Positions 18,068 to 30,122 of a stretch of 55,621 bases of DNA are shown one piece after another. The notes beneath the pieces are model-generated. The model did not search any database and was not told where the DNA came from. It saw only the letters and a program-made list of their open reading frames with translations. Made by a program: the position numbers and the translations under genes. Position 1 is the first letter of the stretch; every line of letters starts with the position of its first letter. Source of the stretch: Propionibacteriaceae bacterium (lineage in GTDB: Bacteria > Actinomycetota > Actinomycetes > Propionibacteriales > Propionibacteriaceae); contig JAISTE010000170.1 in NCBI GenBank assembly GCA_031272825.1, forward strand, positions 1 through 55,621, read 5' to 3'.

Positions 18068-20641
18068 GTGAGCGAATACGAAGGTTTTGAACCCACACTG
18101 TCCTTGGAGGACTATCCCAGCGATGGGGCCCCGACCTCGGAAACCCACCGAGTAGGCCCGCTTTTCAAGCCCAGCCACCCGGTTGCACTGGCCCCGGTCA
18201 CCTCTCCACCCCACTCTGTGGATGGATTCGTGCGTGAGTTCTTGCACGAGCTCAACTTCGAGCAAGGCGTTTCACTCTCCCGCTCGACGATCAACGACCA
18301 GTACCTGGCCCTTTCCAAGACCGTGCGCCACTACATGATGGCCCGCTGGCTGGAAACGACCAGGAAGATCCGGGAGGGCAAGCTCAAGCTTGTTGGTTAC
18401 CTTTCCGCCGAATACCTGTTGGGCCGCCAGCTCGGCAATGCGCTGCAGTCGATCGACCTGGTCGAGATTTCCTCGCGCGCGCTCCAAGGCTGCGGCCTGG
18501 ATCTGAACTACATCCGCAACCAGGAAGTCGAGCCCGGGCTGGGCAACGGCGGCCTGGGCCGCCTGGCCGCGTGTTATCTGGACTCGCTGGCCACCATGTC
18601 CGTTCCGTGTATCGGCTACGGCATCCGCTACGAGTACGGCATCTTCCGCCAGACTTTCGTCGACGGACGCCAGGTTGAGCAGGCCGACACCTGGTTGGGC
18701 CTGGGGCAACCGTGGGAGTTCGCCCACCCGGAGGCGGCCGTCCAGGTTGACTTCGGCGGTTATACCGAGAAGTACTATGACGAGTTGGGCAAGGAGCGCA
18801 CCCGCTGGATTCCGGCCTGGAACGTCATGGGAGTGCCCTATAACTACATGGTGCCGGGTTACCAGAACGGCAGGGTGAACACCCTGCGCTTGTGGTCGGC
18901 CCAGGCGACCAAGGCTTTTGACCTGGCCCAGTTCAACCAAGGCGACTACATCGAGGCCGTGCGCTCGCAGACTTTCGCCGAGAACATCTCCAAGGTTCTA
19001 TACCCCGAAGACTCCACGCCGCAGGGCAAGGAGCTGCGCCTGCAGCAGCAGTACTTCTTCTCCGCTTGCTCGCTGCGCGACTTCCTCGAAGAAGTACTTG
19101 AGCCCGACGCCGACCTGCACACGCTGCCCGATCGCGTCATCTTCCAGCTCAACGACACCCACCCGGTCATCGCCGTGCCCGAGCTGATGCGCATCCTGAT
19201 GGACGAGCGCGGCTGGGACTTCGACGAGGCCTGGGAGGTCACCCAGAAGTGCTTCGCCTATACCTGCCACACGCTGCTGCCCGAGGCGCTGGAGGTCTGG
19301 CCTGCCGACATGCTCTCCAGGCTTTTGCCGCGCCACTTCGAGATCATCTGCCAGATCAACGACCACTTCCTGGCCGAGGTTCGCAAGCGTTTCCCGAACG
19401 ACGACGCCAAGGTTCGCAACATGGCCATCGTCACCGACTATCCCGACCGCTCCGTGCGCATGGCCTATCTCGCGACGGTGGCCGGCACGAAGGTGAACGG
19501 CGTAGCTGAACTCCACTCGCAGCTACTGCGCGACAAGGTGCTGCCCGATTTCTCGCAGATGTGGCCCGAGAAGTTCATCAACGTGACAAACGGCATCACC
19601 CCGAGGCGCTTCATGCGGCTGGCCAATACCAGGCTTTCGGCCCTCATCACCGACGCCATCGGCGTGGGCTGGGTCACCGACCTGGAAAGGCTCCAGGAGC
19701 TGGAACCCTATGCCGAGGACGCCGAGTTCCGCGAGCAGTTCCGCAAGATCAAGCTGGCCAACAAACACCGGCTGTATCGGCAGCTCAAGTCTCGCGACGG
19801 CATCGACATCTCGGGCGAGAACATGCTCGACGTGATGGTCAAGCGCCTGCATGAGTACAAGCGACAGTCGCTCAAATTGCTGCACATCGTCACGGTCTAC
19901 GAACAGATCCTCACCGGCAAGGTCAAGCTGGAAGACGTCACCCCGCGCACCTTCATCTTCGGCGCGAAGGCCGCCCCCGGCTATCGCATGGCCAAGGAGA
20001 CGATCTACGTCATCAACCAGGTCGCCAAGACGATCAACGCCAACAAGGATCTCGAAGGCCGCCTACAGGTTGCCTTCCCGGCCAACTACAACGTGATGCT
20101 GGCCGAGCGTGTCATTCCCGCAGCCGACCTCTCTGAGCAGATCTCGCTGGCCGGAAAGGAGGCCTCAGGTACCGGCAATATGAAGTTCGCCTTGAACGGA
20201 GCCCTGACCATCGGCACCGAGGACGGCGCGAACGTCGAGATTCGCCAGCGCGTCGGGGACGAGAACTTCTTCTTGTTCGGCATGTTGGAGCCCGAGGTGG
20301 AAGAACTGCAGAAGAAGGGCTACCAGCCCCACGACTACTACGAGTCGAACCCGCAGCTCAAGGCGACCATCGACCTGCTGGCCTCCGGTCACTTCTCCAA
20401 CGGCGACAAGAACGCCTTCGCCCCGCTGGTCAACAACCTGCTGTGGGAAGACCGTTTCCTCGCCCTAGCCGACTACCAGGCCTACATCGACGCCCAGGCC
20501 CGAGTCGACGACTACTACGCCGAACAAGACGAGTGGACGCGCTCGGCGATTCTGAACGTCGCCCGCTGCGGTTACTTCTCGTCCGACCGGGCGATGCACG
20601 AGTACATCGACAAGATCTGGCACGTAGCCCCGCTGCACTAG
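18068..20641 (+). CDS. glgP: Glycogen/alpha-glucan phosphorylase
   Basis: GNGGLGRLAAC, QLNDTHP, KRLHEYKRQ, PLP motif EASGTGNMK. Confidence 0.95.
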   Translation: MSEYEGFEPTLSLEDYPSDGAPTSETHRVGPLFKPSHPVALAPVTSPPHSVDGFVREFLHELNFEQGVSLSRSTINDQYLALSKTVRHYMMARWLETTRKIREGKLKLVGYLSAEYLLGRQLGNALQSIDLVEISSRALQGCGLDLNYIRNQEVEPGLGNGGLGRLAACYLDSLATMSVPCIGYGIRYEYGIFRQTFVDGRQVEQADTWLGLGQPWEFAHPEAAVQVDFGGYTEKYYDELGKERTRWIPAWNVMGVPYNYMVPGYQNGRVNTLRLWSAQATKAFDLAQFNQGDYIEAVRSQTFAENISKVLYPEDSTPQGKELRLQQQYFFSACSLRDFLEEVLEPDADLHTLPDRVIFQLNDTHPVIAVPELMRILMDERGWDFDEAWEVTQKCFAYTCHTLLPEALEVWPADMLSRLLPRHFEIICQINDHFLAEVRKRFPNDDAKVRNMAIVTDYPDRSVRMAYLATVAGTKVNGVAELHSQLLRDKVLPDFSQMWPEKFINVTNGITPRRFMRLANTRLSALITDAIGVGWVTDLERLQELEPYAEDAEFREQFRKIKLANKHRLYRQLKSRDGIDISGENMLDVMVKRLHEYKRQSLKLLHIVTVYEQILTGKVKLEDVTPRTFIFGAKAAPGYRMAKETIYVINQVAKTINANKDLEGRLQVAFPANYNVMLAERVIPAADLSEQISLAGKEASGTGNMKFALNGALTIGTEDGANVEIRQRVGDENFFLFGMLEPEVEELQKKGYQPHDYYESNPQLKATIDLLASGHFSNGDKNAFAPLVNNLLWEDRFLALADYQAYIDAQARVDDYYAEQDEWTRSAILNVARCGYFSSDRAMHEYIDKIWHVAPLH

Positions 20642-20733
20642 CTCCTCCTGCCCACCTTTTCGCCGTTTGGCGATAGGGTGGCATTCAAGGACTTGCCCGG
20701 AAGCGTCCGCCGGGCGTCCGCAAGGAGATAGTT

Positions 20734-20961
20734 ATGGCAAGGAAGACATATACCGGCCCGATACTCGACGTGTCCTACGACATTGATGTTTGTCGCCATG
20801 CGGCCCGCTGCGTGCACGGTATGCCGGAGGTGTTTGACACTCATCGCAAGCCGTGGATCGACCCGGAGGTGGCCGACACGCCCGAGAAAGCCCAGAAGCT
20901 GCGCGACGTCGTCTCCGCCTGCCCAACTTCGGCGCTGCTGATCGAAGAGCACTCAGCATAG
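20734..20961 (+). CDS. Small divergent 4Fe-4S mono-cluster protein (YjdI-like)
   Basis: CRHAARC...PEVFD...PWI...CPTSAL; AGGAG RBS. Confidence 0.8.
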   Translation: MARKTYTGPILDVSYDIDVCRHAARCVHGMPEVFDTHRKPWIDPEVADTPEKAQKLRDVVSACPTSALLIEEHSA

Positions 20962-22092
20962 CTGCCACGCTCCCCTGGGGTTCTTGACAACCAGCTGCCC
21001 CTCTTCGAGCTTGCCCAAGCAAGAGAGCAGCTTGGGAACTGAGAAGCCGAGTTTGGCGCTGAGCTCGCCGACCGTGCGCGAGCCCTTGGCTGGTATCGCC
21101 TCGTAGACGGCCAGCGCGGCGGGCTCCAATCCGTCTGTTCTCCTGCGCGCGGGTTCTGGGCGCACCGGCTCGGGAGCGCCCGGAGCGATGAGCTCCAAGA
21201 TGTCGGAGCCGTGCGTCACCAACACCGCCTGCCCCGAGCGGATCAGCTCGTGCGGCGTGTACGAAAACACGGACGAGACCGGCCCAGGAACGGCCATTGA
21301 GACCCGGCCCAGCTCCGAGGCCCAGTTCATGGTGTTCTGGGTACCCGAGCGGGCCGCTCCCTCCACCACGAGGGTACCTATTGAGAGCGCGGCGATCAGC
21401 CGGTTGCGGATCAAGAAGCGCACCCGGGTGGGATGCTCTCCTGGAGCAAGCTCGGAAACCAGCAGCCCTTCTTCACAGATACGCTCGAACAAGCCGGCGT
21501 TCCCTGCCGGGTAGTACTCATCCAGGCCATTAGCCAGCACGGCCACGGTCGGGGTTCTAGCGCTCATCGCCCCGCGGTGGGCCGCCGCGTCGATTCCGAA
21601 GGCACCCCCGGAGATCACCGAAACCCCGGAATCGGAGACGTGGTGGGCCAGTTCGAGCGCCTGCCGCTCGCCGTAGGAGGTGCATGAGCGAGAACCCACC
21701 ATGCCGACCGAGAAGTCAGCGAGCTCGCCCAAGCGCGCGCTTCCTTTCACCCACAAACCCAGGGGTTCCCCGCCGAAACCGCGGAATACCACGTTGGCGA
21801 GATCGGTCAGCCGCCTCGGCCATTCGTCGTCCCCTGGAACCAGGTACCGCAGGCCTTGCCGAAGCCCGCCCTCCAACACGGCCTCCGGACGGTACTCGCG
21901 GGCTTTCAGCCCGCGCTGGCCCGACCATTGCAACATGCCTTCCCAGATGGCCTCGGCCCCGAAATCGGCTACCGCCTTGGACACTGCCGGATCCCCCGGT
22001 TCGGTCACATATGCGATGCCCACCCGGGCGAGCCGTTCTTCTATCCGAACGCTGGCGCCCTTTGCGCTACCTACGTCTTCACTCGTGCTCAT
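20953..22092 (-). CDS. dprA: DNA-processing protein DprA
   Basis: VGSR, SGGAFGIDAAAH, RFLIRNRLIA, C-terminal wHTH. Confidence 0.93.
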   Translation of the reverse strand: MSTSEDVGSAKGASVRIEERLARVGIAYVTEPGDPAVSKAVADFGAEAIWEGMLQWSGQRGLKAREYRPEAVLEGGLRQGLRYLVPGDDEWPRRLTDLANVVFRGFGGEPLGLWVKGSARLGELADFSVGMVGSRSCTSYGERQALELAHHVSDSGVSVISGGAFGIDAAAHRGAMSARTPTVAVLANGLDEYYPAGNAGLFERICEEGLLVSELAPGEHPTRVRFLIRNRLIAALSIGTLVVEGAARSGTQNTMNWASELGRVSMAVPGPVSSVFSYTPHELIRSGQAVLVTHGSDILELIAPGAPEPVRPEPARRRTDGLEPAALAVYEAIPAKGSRTVGELSAKLGFSVPKLLSCLGKLEEGQLVVKNPRGAWQLC

Positions 22093-22094
22093 CT

Positions 22095-23591
22095 TCAGCT
22101 CCCCTGCCGCATCGCCAGCGCGATGTTCAACTCGTCTTCCCCAGGGACGTCCTGACCGGATAGATCCGCGACCGTCCAGGCCAAGCGCAGCACCTTGTCT
22201 GCGCCCCTGGCCGATAGCCGCCCCATCCTCACAGCCTGTTCGATGACGTCCACGTCCGGCAACGGCAGCTCCTTGCGCAGTACCCTGCCTGGTACCTCGC
22301 AGTTCATGCTCATCCCGAACTTGGACAAGCGCGCACGTTGCCTCTCCCTGGCCATCTCAACCCGCTGGGCAACCGCCGCGCTGCCTTCCGCCGGTTCACA
22401 GGCGAACGCCTTCGACAGCGGCCTGACGTGCTGGTGGATGTCGATGCGATCCAACACCGGCCCGGAGATCCGGTTCGCGTACTTGCGCACCTGCTGGGGA
22501 GTGCACTTGCACGCCGCTCCGCGAGTCTCCAGCTTTCCGCAAGGACATGGATTTGCGGCCAGCACCAGCTGGAATCGAGCGGGATAAACCGTGGTGGCCC
22601 GCTGGCGCGAAATCACCACTCGGCCGCTTTCCAGCGGCGCCCGAAGCGAATCGAGTACCTTCGGCGGAAACTCGGGCGCCTCATCCAAGAACAACACCCC
22701 ACGGTGCGCCAGTGAGATTGCTCCGGGGGTCGCCACCTGCGCTCCCCCGCCCACGATCGAAGCCAACGAAGACGACGGGTGCGGATCGGAATAGGGCGGA
22801 TTCTGGATCAACCCGGCGTCCAGCCCCTCGCCTGCCAGCGAGTGTATGGCGGAGACCTCTAACGCCTGGGCCTCGCTCAGCGGCGGCAACAACGTTGGCA
22901 GCCGCTCTGCCAACATCGTCTTCCCAGCCCCAGGAGGCCCGTGGAAGTACAGGTGATGGCCGCCCGCCGCTGCTACTTCCAATGCCCACCGGGCCTCGGG
23001 CTGGCCGGTAACGTCAGCCAAATCCAGCTTGCCGTGTGCCGCAGTCGAAACTTTCACCGGCTCCGGCATCGAAGCCCCGGGCCCTCCGCGCAGCACCTCC
23101 CAAAGCTCGGCGAGCGACCCGACGCCAACCACATCCATGCCCTCCACAAGGGATGCCTCGCGCATCTGCACTGCCGGCACCACCACGCGGCTGACGCCCT
23201 GCCTGGCCGCCGCTATCACCCCCGGAAGCAGCCCGCGCACGGCCCGAACCGTGCCGTCCAACCCCACTTCGCCAAAGAGCAGCACTCCTGCGGGCTCGGG
23301 CAGATCATCGCGCACGCACGCCGCCAGCGCCGTGCAGATGGCCAGGTCGAAATGGGTTCCCATCTTGGGCAAATATGCCGGGCTGAGGTTGATCGTCACC
23401 CTGCCGTACGGCCACGAAACCCCGGAAGAGCCCAAGGCCGCTTTGCAGCGCGCCTGCGCCTCCTTCAACGAAATGTCGGCCAACCCGACCAGCTCGGTGT
23501 GCGGCAGACCGTCCGCCCAGGCGGCCTCCACCTGCACGCAAATTCCTTCGATCCCGACCAGGGCAATCGAGCGGGCCTTCGCCGTCTTCAT
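22095..23591 (-). CDS. comM: YifB/ComM Mg-chelatase-like AAA helicase
   Basis: INLSPA, GPPGAGKT, AHRGVLFLDE, ANPCPCG. Confidence 0.92.
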   Translation of the reverse strand: MKTAKARSIALVGIEGICVQVEAAWADGLPHTELVGLADISLKEAQARCKAALGSSGVSWPYGRVTINLSPAYLPKMGTHFDLAICTALAACVRDDLPEPAGVLLFGEVGLDGTVRAVRGLLPGVIAAARQGVSRVVVPAVQMREASLVEGMDVVGVGSLAELWEVLRGGPGASMPEPVKVSTAAHGKLDLADVTGQPEARWALEVAAAGGHHLYFHGPPGAGKTMLAERLPTLLPPLSEAQALEVSAIHSLAGEGLDAGLIQNPPYSDPHPSSSLASIVGGGAQVATPGAISLAHRGVLFLDEAPEFPPKVLDSLRAPLESGRVVISRQRATTVYPARFQLVLAANPCPCGKLETRGAACKCTPQQVRKYANRISGPVLDRIDIHQHVRPLSKAFACEPAEGSAAVAQRVEMARERQRARLSKFGMSMNCEVPGRVLRKELPLPDVDVIEQAVRMGRLSARGADKVLRLAWTVADLSGQDVPGEDELNIALAMRQGS

Positions 23592-23968
23592 CTGCCGCCG
23601 TCCAAACCGCGCCGATACTCGAACTCGCGCTTGTCCTGATCCACGATGACCGCAGCGGCATCGAACCTCACCTTTCCCCGCGCCCCGGGGTTATCGCTCA
23701 TCCAGGCAAATGCCAGCTCGTGGAGCTTACGCACCTTCTTCACCGTGATGGCATCCAGCGGCGGCACCGCCAACTCCTCGCGGTACCTGCGCCTGGTTTT
23801 CACCTCGATAAAGACCAAGGTCGGCGGGCTGCTGGGCTCTCTAGCGACGATGTCCAGTTCCCCAAAGCGGCACCGCCAGTTGCGGGCCAGGATCTCCCAT
23901 CCCCAGTTCTGTATCTGTTCGGCGACCAGCTGCTCGCCCAGCGCCCCGAGGGCTCTTCTCTCATCCAT
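23588..23968 (-). CDS. yraN: YraN-family nuclease
   Basis: LGALGE, RNWRCRFGELDIV, FIEVKTR, RFD. Confidence 0.9.
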   Translation of the reverse strand: MDERRALGALGEQLVAEQIQNWGWEILARNWRCRFGELDIVAREPSSPPTLVFIEVKTRRRYREELAVPPLDAITVKKVRKLHELAFAWMSDNPGARGKVRFDAAAVIVDQDKREFEYRRGLDGGR

Positions 23969-24186
23969 GCGCGTGGTCTTGACGCCCGGCACTCACACCG
24001 ATTGTGGCAAAGAAATTCTGTGGAAAAATCGACCAAATAATCGAATATCGGCAAATCCTGTGGAAAACCGCCTCAGCAAAGCAACCGAGATGCTATATGA
24101 ACAGACAGCAGGCACGGCAAAGCCATGTCGCATATTGCCTTGTCAGCGCACGAAAGCGCCCAAAAAGTTCAGATGGCTCAAACAGG

Positions 24187-24498
24187 TCAGAAGTTATCCG
24201 GAATCCGCATCCCAGAATGATCGATCTCCTCGATCGAAACGTCGCGGAACGTCAGCACCTTCGCGCTTTTCACGAACCTTGCCGTCCTGAACATGTCCCA
24301 CACCCAGGCGTCACCGATGGAAACCTCGTAGTAGACGTCGGTGCCCTCAGTGCGCACCTTGAGGTCGACGGCATTGCACAGGTAGAAGCGCCGCTCGGTT
24401 TCGACAGCGTACTTGAAGATGCCCACCACGTCCTTGTACTCGCGGTAGAGCTGCAGCTCCAGCTGCGATTCGTACTGTTCCAGGTCTTCAGCGCTCAT
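24187..24498 (-). CDS. DUF2469 protein
   Basis: MSAEDLE.YE...L.LYREY...ETERRFYL.N, typical of the actinobacterial gene after rnhB. Confidence 0.9.
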   Translation of the reverse strand: MSAEDLEQYESQLELQLYREYKDVVGIFKYAVETERRFYLCNAVDLKVRTEGTDVYYEVSIGDAWVWDMFRTARFVKSAKVLTFRDVSIEEIDHSGMRIPDNF

Positions 24499-25117
24499 GA
24501 TTCACCAATCCTACACTTTGGTGCTCAGCCAAAGCCGCTTTGACATTGCCGTATGAGAGCCGGTGGATGTCCGTCACCCCGTTCGCAACCATTTCCCGCT
24601 GATGCTCAGCCGTGCAATAGCCCTTGTGCTCGGCGAAGTGAAACCCGGAATACTCCCCCTCCAACGACGCCATCAGCCGGTCCCTGCTGACCTTCGCCAG
24701 AATCGACGCCGCACTAACCGGAGCCGCGACACGATCGCCTTTCCAAACCCCCAGGTTCGGCATTGGAAGCCCATCCACCCCAAACCCGTCGGTCAGTGCA
24801 AAGTCCGGAACCGGGTCGAGAGCCAGCAACGCCCTTCGCAGCGCCTCCAGGTTCGCCGCCTGCATCCCCATCTCGTCGCACTCGCCAGGCGAGACCGAAA
24901 CGACCGCCCAGGCCTTGGCCCGCCACTTGATCATGGAAAACAACTCGTCGCGCTTCTTAGCGCTCAGCCGCTTGGAATCGTCCAAACCGGGAATGTCCGC
25001 ATCGCCCAAGATCACGGCTGCGGCGACCAGCGGCCCGGCGCAGGCACCGCGCCCGGCCTCGTCGGCGCCCGCAACCAGCTTGAAGCCTTGGGCTTCGAGA
25101 TCGGCTACCAGCCTCAT
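24488..25117 (-). CDS. rnhB: Ribonuclease HII
   Basis: GADEAGRGACAGP, DSK, AASILAKVSRD, HKGY; start at ATGA overlap with lepB. Confidence 0.93.
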   Translation of the reverse strand: MRLVADLEAQGFKLVAGADEAGRGACAGPLVAAAVILGDADIPGLDDSKRLSAKKRDELFSMIKWRAKAWAVVSVSPGECDEMGMQAANLEALRRALLALDPVPDFALTDGFGVDGLPMPNLGVWKGDRVAAPVSAASILAKVSRDRLMASLEGEYSGFHFAEHKGYCTAEHQREMVANGVTDIHRLSYGNVKAALAEHQSVGLVNHER

Positions 25118-25881
25118 TTGCCGCTCGGGAGTTGCTTGATGATCGGCTGTTCGGGAACCCACTTCGCGTCGGGGATGCGCGAATACGCCTCCGGTCGCGA
25201 GAATGTGGTGAAGCGGTTGAACGGAAATACCAGCGCTATTGCCGAGCCTTGAACGGAAGAAACCGGTACGAAGCCGTACATGTGCTCGGGAACGCCCGCT
25301 GGCACAGGATCGTCCAGGTGGGAACGTGAATCCTGAGAGCTGTTGCGGTGATCCCCCATCACGAAGATGTGCCCCTTGGGCACAACGACGTCAAAGCGCA
25401 CGTCGGAGGGATTGGCCCGGATTCCGGTGGCCGGGTCGGTGTAGAGGTAGGAATCCTCATCCAGGGCAACGCCGTTCACGGTAACTTGCCCGGAGGCGTC
25501 GCAGCAGGCGACCTCGTCGCCCTCGACGCCGATTACGCGCTTGATGAGGTAGTTGGATGTGGTGTCGGGGGCAAACCCAATAAAGATGACGGCCCGAGCC
25601 AGCGGCCCGGGGTCGGCGGGCGGCTCGCCCATCCACTGGTAGTCGTCGCGAAACACGACGATGTCGCCTCTGCTCCAGCTGGTGATCTTTTGTACGGCGA
25701 CGCGATCGCCGACTGTCAGGGTGTTTTCCATCGATCCTGAGGGGATCTCGAACATTTGCAGGAGAAACACCCGGATGAGTGTGGAGGCGACCAGCGCCCC
25801 CACGACGACGAAGACTATTTCGCGTACCCAAGCGACTGCCACGGATTTGCGCGCGGCGTCTCGCTCGGTGTGTTCGCTCAT
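25114..25881 (-). CDS. lepB: Signal peptidase I (copy 1)
   Basis: IPSGSMENTL, IKRVIG, GDHRNSSQDSR. Confidence 0.93.
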   Translation of the reverse strand: MSEHTERDAARKSVAVAWVREIVFVVVGALVASTLIRVFLLQMFEIPSGSMENTLTVGDRVAVQKITSWSRGDIVVFRDDYQWMGEPPADPGPLARAVIFIGFAPDTTSNYLIKRVIGVEGDEVACCDASGQVTVNGVALDEDSYLYTDPATGIRANPSDVRFDVVVPKGHIFVMGDHRNSSQDSRSHLDDPVPAGVPEHMYGFVPVSSVQGSAIALVFPFNRFTTFSRPEAYSRIPDAKWVPEQPIIKQLPSGK

Positions 25882-25927
25882 CGGAAACTAAGACTACCCG
25901 GCTAGGAACTTCCCAGCCGGAAGCGCG

Positions 25928-26275
25928 CTAGATTTCGCGCTTCTCCTTGATCTTGGCCGCCTTGCCCTTCAGGCCGCGCAGGTAGTACAGCTTGGCACGG
26001 CGGACGTCACCGTGGCGGTCTACCTCGATCTTCTCGATGATCGGCGAGTGCAGCGGGAAAGTACGTTCGACGCCCACGCCGAAGGAAACCTTGCGAACGG
26101 TAAAGGTTTCGGCGATGCCGGAACCGGTGCGGGAGATCACGACGCCGGCGAAGACCTGAACACGCGAGCGGTTGCCTTCGATAACGCGTACGTGAACCTT
26201 GACGGAATCGCCAGGACGGAAATCGGGGGTTTCTTTGAGTTGGGACTTGCTGACTTCGGCAACCAGGTTGCTCAT
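25928..26275 (-). CDS. rplS: 50S ribosomal protein L19
   Basis: [28 protein letters not shown]. Confidence 0.97.
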   Translation of the reverse strand: MSNLVAEVSKSQLKETPDFRPGDSVKVHVRVIEGNRSRVQVFAGVVISRTGSGIAETFTVRKVSFGVGVERTFPLHSPIIEKIEVDRHGDVRRAKLYYLRGLKGKAAKIKEKREI

Positions 26276-26284
26276 GTTTCACTT

Positions 26285-26352
26285 CCTTGCCGGCACCACA
26301 GGCTGCCAATCGCTAATCGGAATGTCTAGCACGTTCCCCCTGTGGCAGGCGC
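26285..26352 (-). promoter_or_regulatory. Structured rplS 5' leader
   Basis: CCACAGG/CCTGTGG long-range stem just upstream of the rplS RBS. Confidence 0.45.
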
Positions 26353-26405
26353 GCTTTAGACAACCTGTGTATCTTAGCGCCGACGTCCCCAGTTGGCCAA
26401 ACCCC

Positions 26406-27236
26406 TCATCTTGCGGTGGGAAGCTGAGTAATCACAGGCTTATCGGGCGCGGGCGAGGTAGGAGCGGGAACGGAGTCAAAGACCGCCGGGCGCGAGAGCA
26501 GCGAGAAGCGAGTGAACGGGAAGACGACGGCCGCCACCGAACCCTGCACAGCCGAAGCGGGCACGAACGCAGCCTCGCCGTCGGCCAGGCCTGGGACTAC
26601 ATCGTCGAAGTGGAAGCGTGAATCTGCCGAGTGGTTGCGGTGATCCCCCATCACGAAGATCGCACCCTTGGGCACGGTAACGTCAAATGAGTACGCAGAG
26701 GGCACCGGCTTCTCACCAGCAGCCTGATCCGTCCAGATGTACGCATCCTCGTCCAGCGCATAACCGTTTACGGTAACCCGCCCATCGACGTCGCAGCAGG
26801 CCACCCGGTCGCCCTCTGTGCCGATCACGCGCTTGACCAGATAGTTGTTCGCGGTATCGGGTGCGAGCCCGACGAAGATGAGCGCATGTCCGAACCACCC
26901 CGGATCCTCGGGTTCATCGCCGAGCCAGCCGTAGACGTCCTTGAACACGACGACGTCTCCCCTTCCCCAAGGCACGACTTTCTGCACGGCGATGCGATCG
27001 CCGATCATGAGCGTCTTTTCCATGGATTCTGAGGGGATTTGGAACATCTGGACGACGAACACCCGCAGCAGCGTGGAAACCACCAGAGCCGCCAGGACGA
27101 TGCACCCGATTTCCTTCAGCCAGGACAGGATGCCGCCCTTCTTGGGTTCTGGTTCTTCATCACTCATTCCGGGGACTATCTCGCTCATCGCCGCAAGCTT
27201 ATCGCGTTTAGCTTTAGCCTCACCCTTGTCCCGCAT
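26406..27236 (-). CDS. lepB: Signal peptidase I (copy 2)
   Basis: IPSESMEKTL, VKRVIG, GDHRNHSADSR; start uncertain. Confidence 0.92.
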   Translation of the reverse strand: MRDKGEAKAKRDKLAAMSEIVPGMSDEEPEPKKGGILSWLKEIGCIVLAALVVSTLLRVFVVQMFQIPSESMEKTLMIGDRIAVQKVVPWGRGDVVVFKDVYGWLGDEPEDPGWFGHALIFVGLAPDTANNYLVKRVIGTEGDRVACCDVDGRVTVNGYALDEDAYIWTDQAAGEKPVPSAYSFDVTVPKGAIFVMGDHRNHSADSRFHFDDVVPGLADGEAAFVPASAVQGSVAAVVFPFTRFSLLSRPAVFDSVPAPTSPAPDKPVITQLPTAR

Positions 27237-27292
27237 CGGTCAAAAGGCTCGGCAACTGTGGGGACGGGAATACCGCCGAACAACTCCCCAAA

Positions 27293-27328
27293 CAAAGCGA
27301 AAGGCCCCGGGCTCTACCGCCGGGGCCT
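27293..27328 (-). terminator. Intrinsic terminator after sdhB
   Basis: AGGCCCCGG/CCGGGGCCT stem followed by T-rich tail on the minus strand. Confidence 0.8.
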
Positions 27329-27350
27329 AACGCAGGTGTCTGTTTTCCGC

Positions 27351-28126
27351 TTACTTCTTGCCGTCGCGCTTGAACATCGACTTGATGAGGTCGCGGTTCA
27401 GCTGGCTGATGACGTCCAGCGGAATGGACTTCGGGCACGCGGCCGCGCACTCGCCGAGGTTCTGGCAGCCGCCGAAACCGAGGGCGTCGTGCTCGCCGAT
27501 CATCTTCTTGACGCGCAGGTAGCGCTCCGGCTGGCCTTGCGGCAGCAGGCCGAGGTGCGTGATCTTCGCGGCGGTGAACAACATGCCCGAGGAGTTCGGG
27601 CAGGCGGCCACGCAGGCGCCGCAGCCGATGCAGGTGGCGGCGTCGAAGGAGCGGTCGGCCTTGATCTTCGGCACGGGTGCCGCGTGGGCCTCGGGGGCCG
27701 CACCGGTGTTGACGGAGATGTAGCCGCCAGCCTGGATGATCTTGTCGAATGCCGAGCGGTCGACGACCAGATCCTTAATAATCGGGAAGGGGCGGGCCCT
27801 CCACGGTTCGACGGTGATGACGTCGCCATCTTTGAAGTTGCGCATGTGCAGCTGGCAGGTGGTGGTCGGAACCGGCGAGGAGCCGCGCCCGTGCGGGGTG
27901 CCGTTGATAACAACGCCGCACATGCCGCAGATGCCCTCACGGCAGTCGTGGTCGAAGGCGACCGGCTCTTCGCCCTTGACGGTGAGTTCCTCGTTCAGCA
28001 TGTCGAGCATTTCGAGGAAGGACATGTCGGTGGAAACGCCGTTCACCGGATAGGTGACGAGCTTGCCCGGGGAGGTGGCCTTCGGCTGCCTCCAGATCCT
28101 CAGCGTGATGTTGATCTTTGTGTCGC

Positions 28127-28130
<4 letters not shown>
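27351..28130 (-). CDS. sdhB: Succinate dehydrogenase/fumarate reductase Fe-S subunit
   Basis: [34 protein letters not shown]; GTG overlapping sdhA stop. Confidence 0.94.
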
Positions 28131-30121
<1,991 letters not shown>

Positions 30122-30122
30122 G

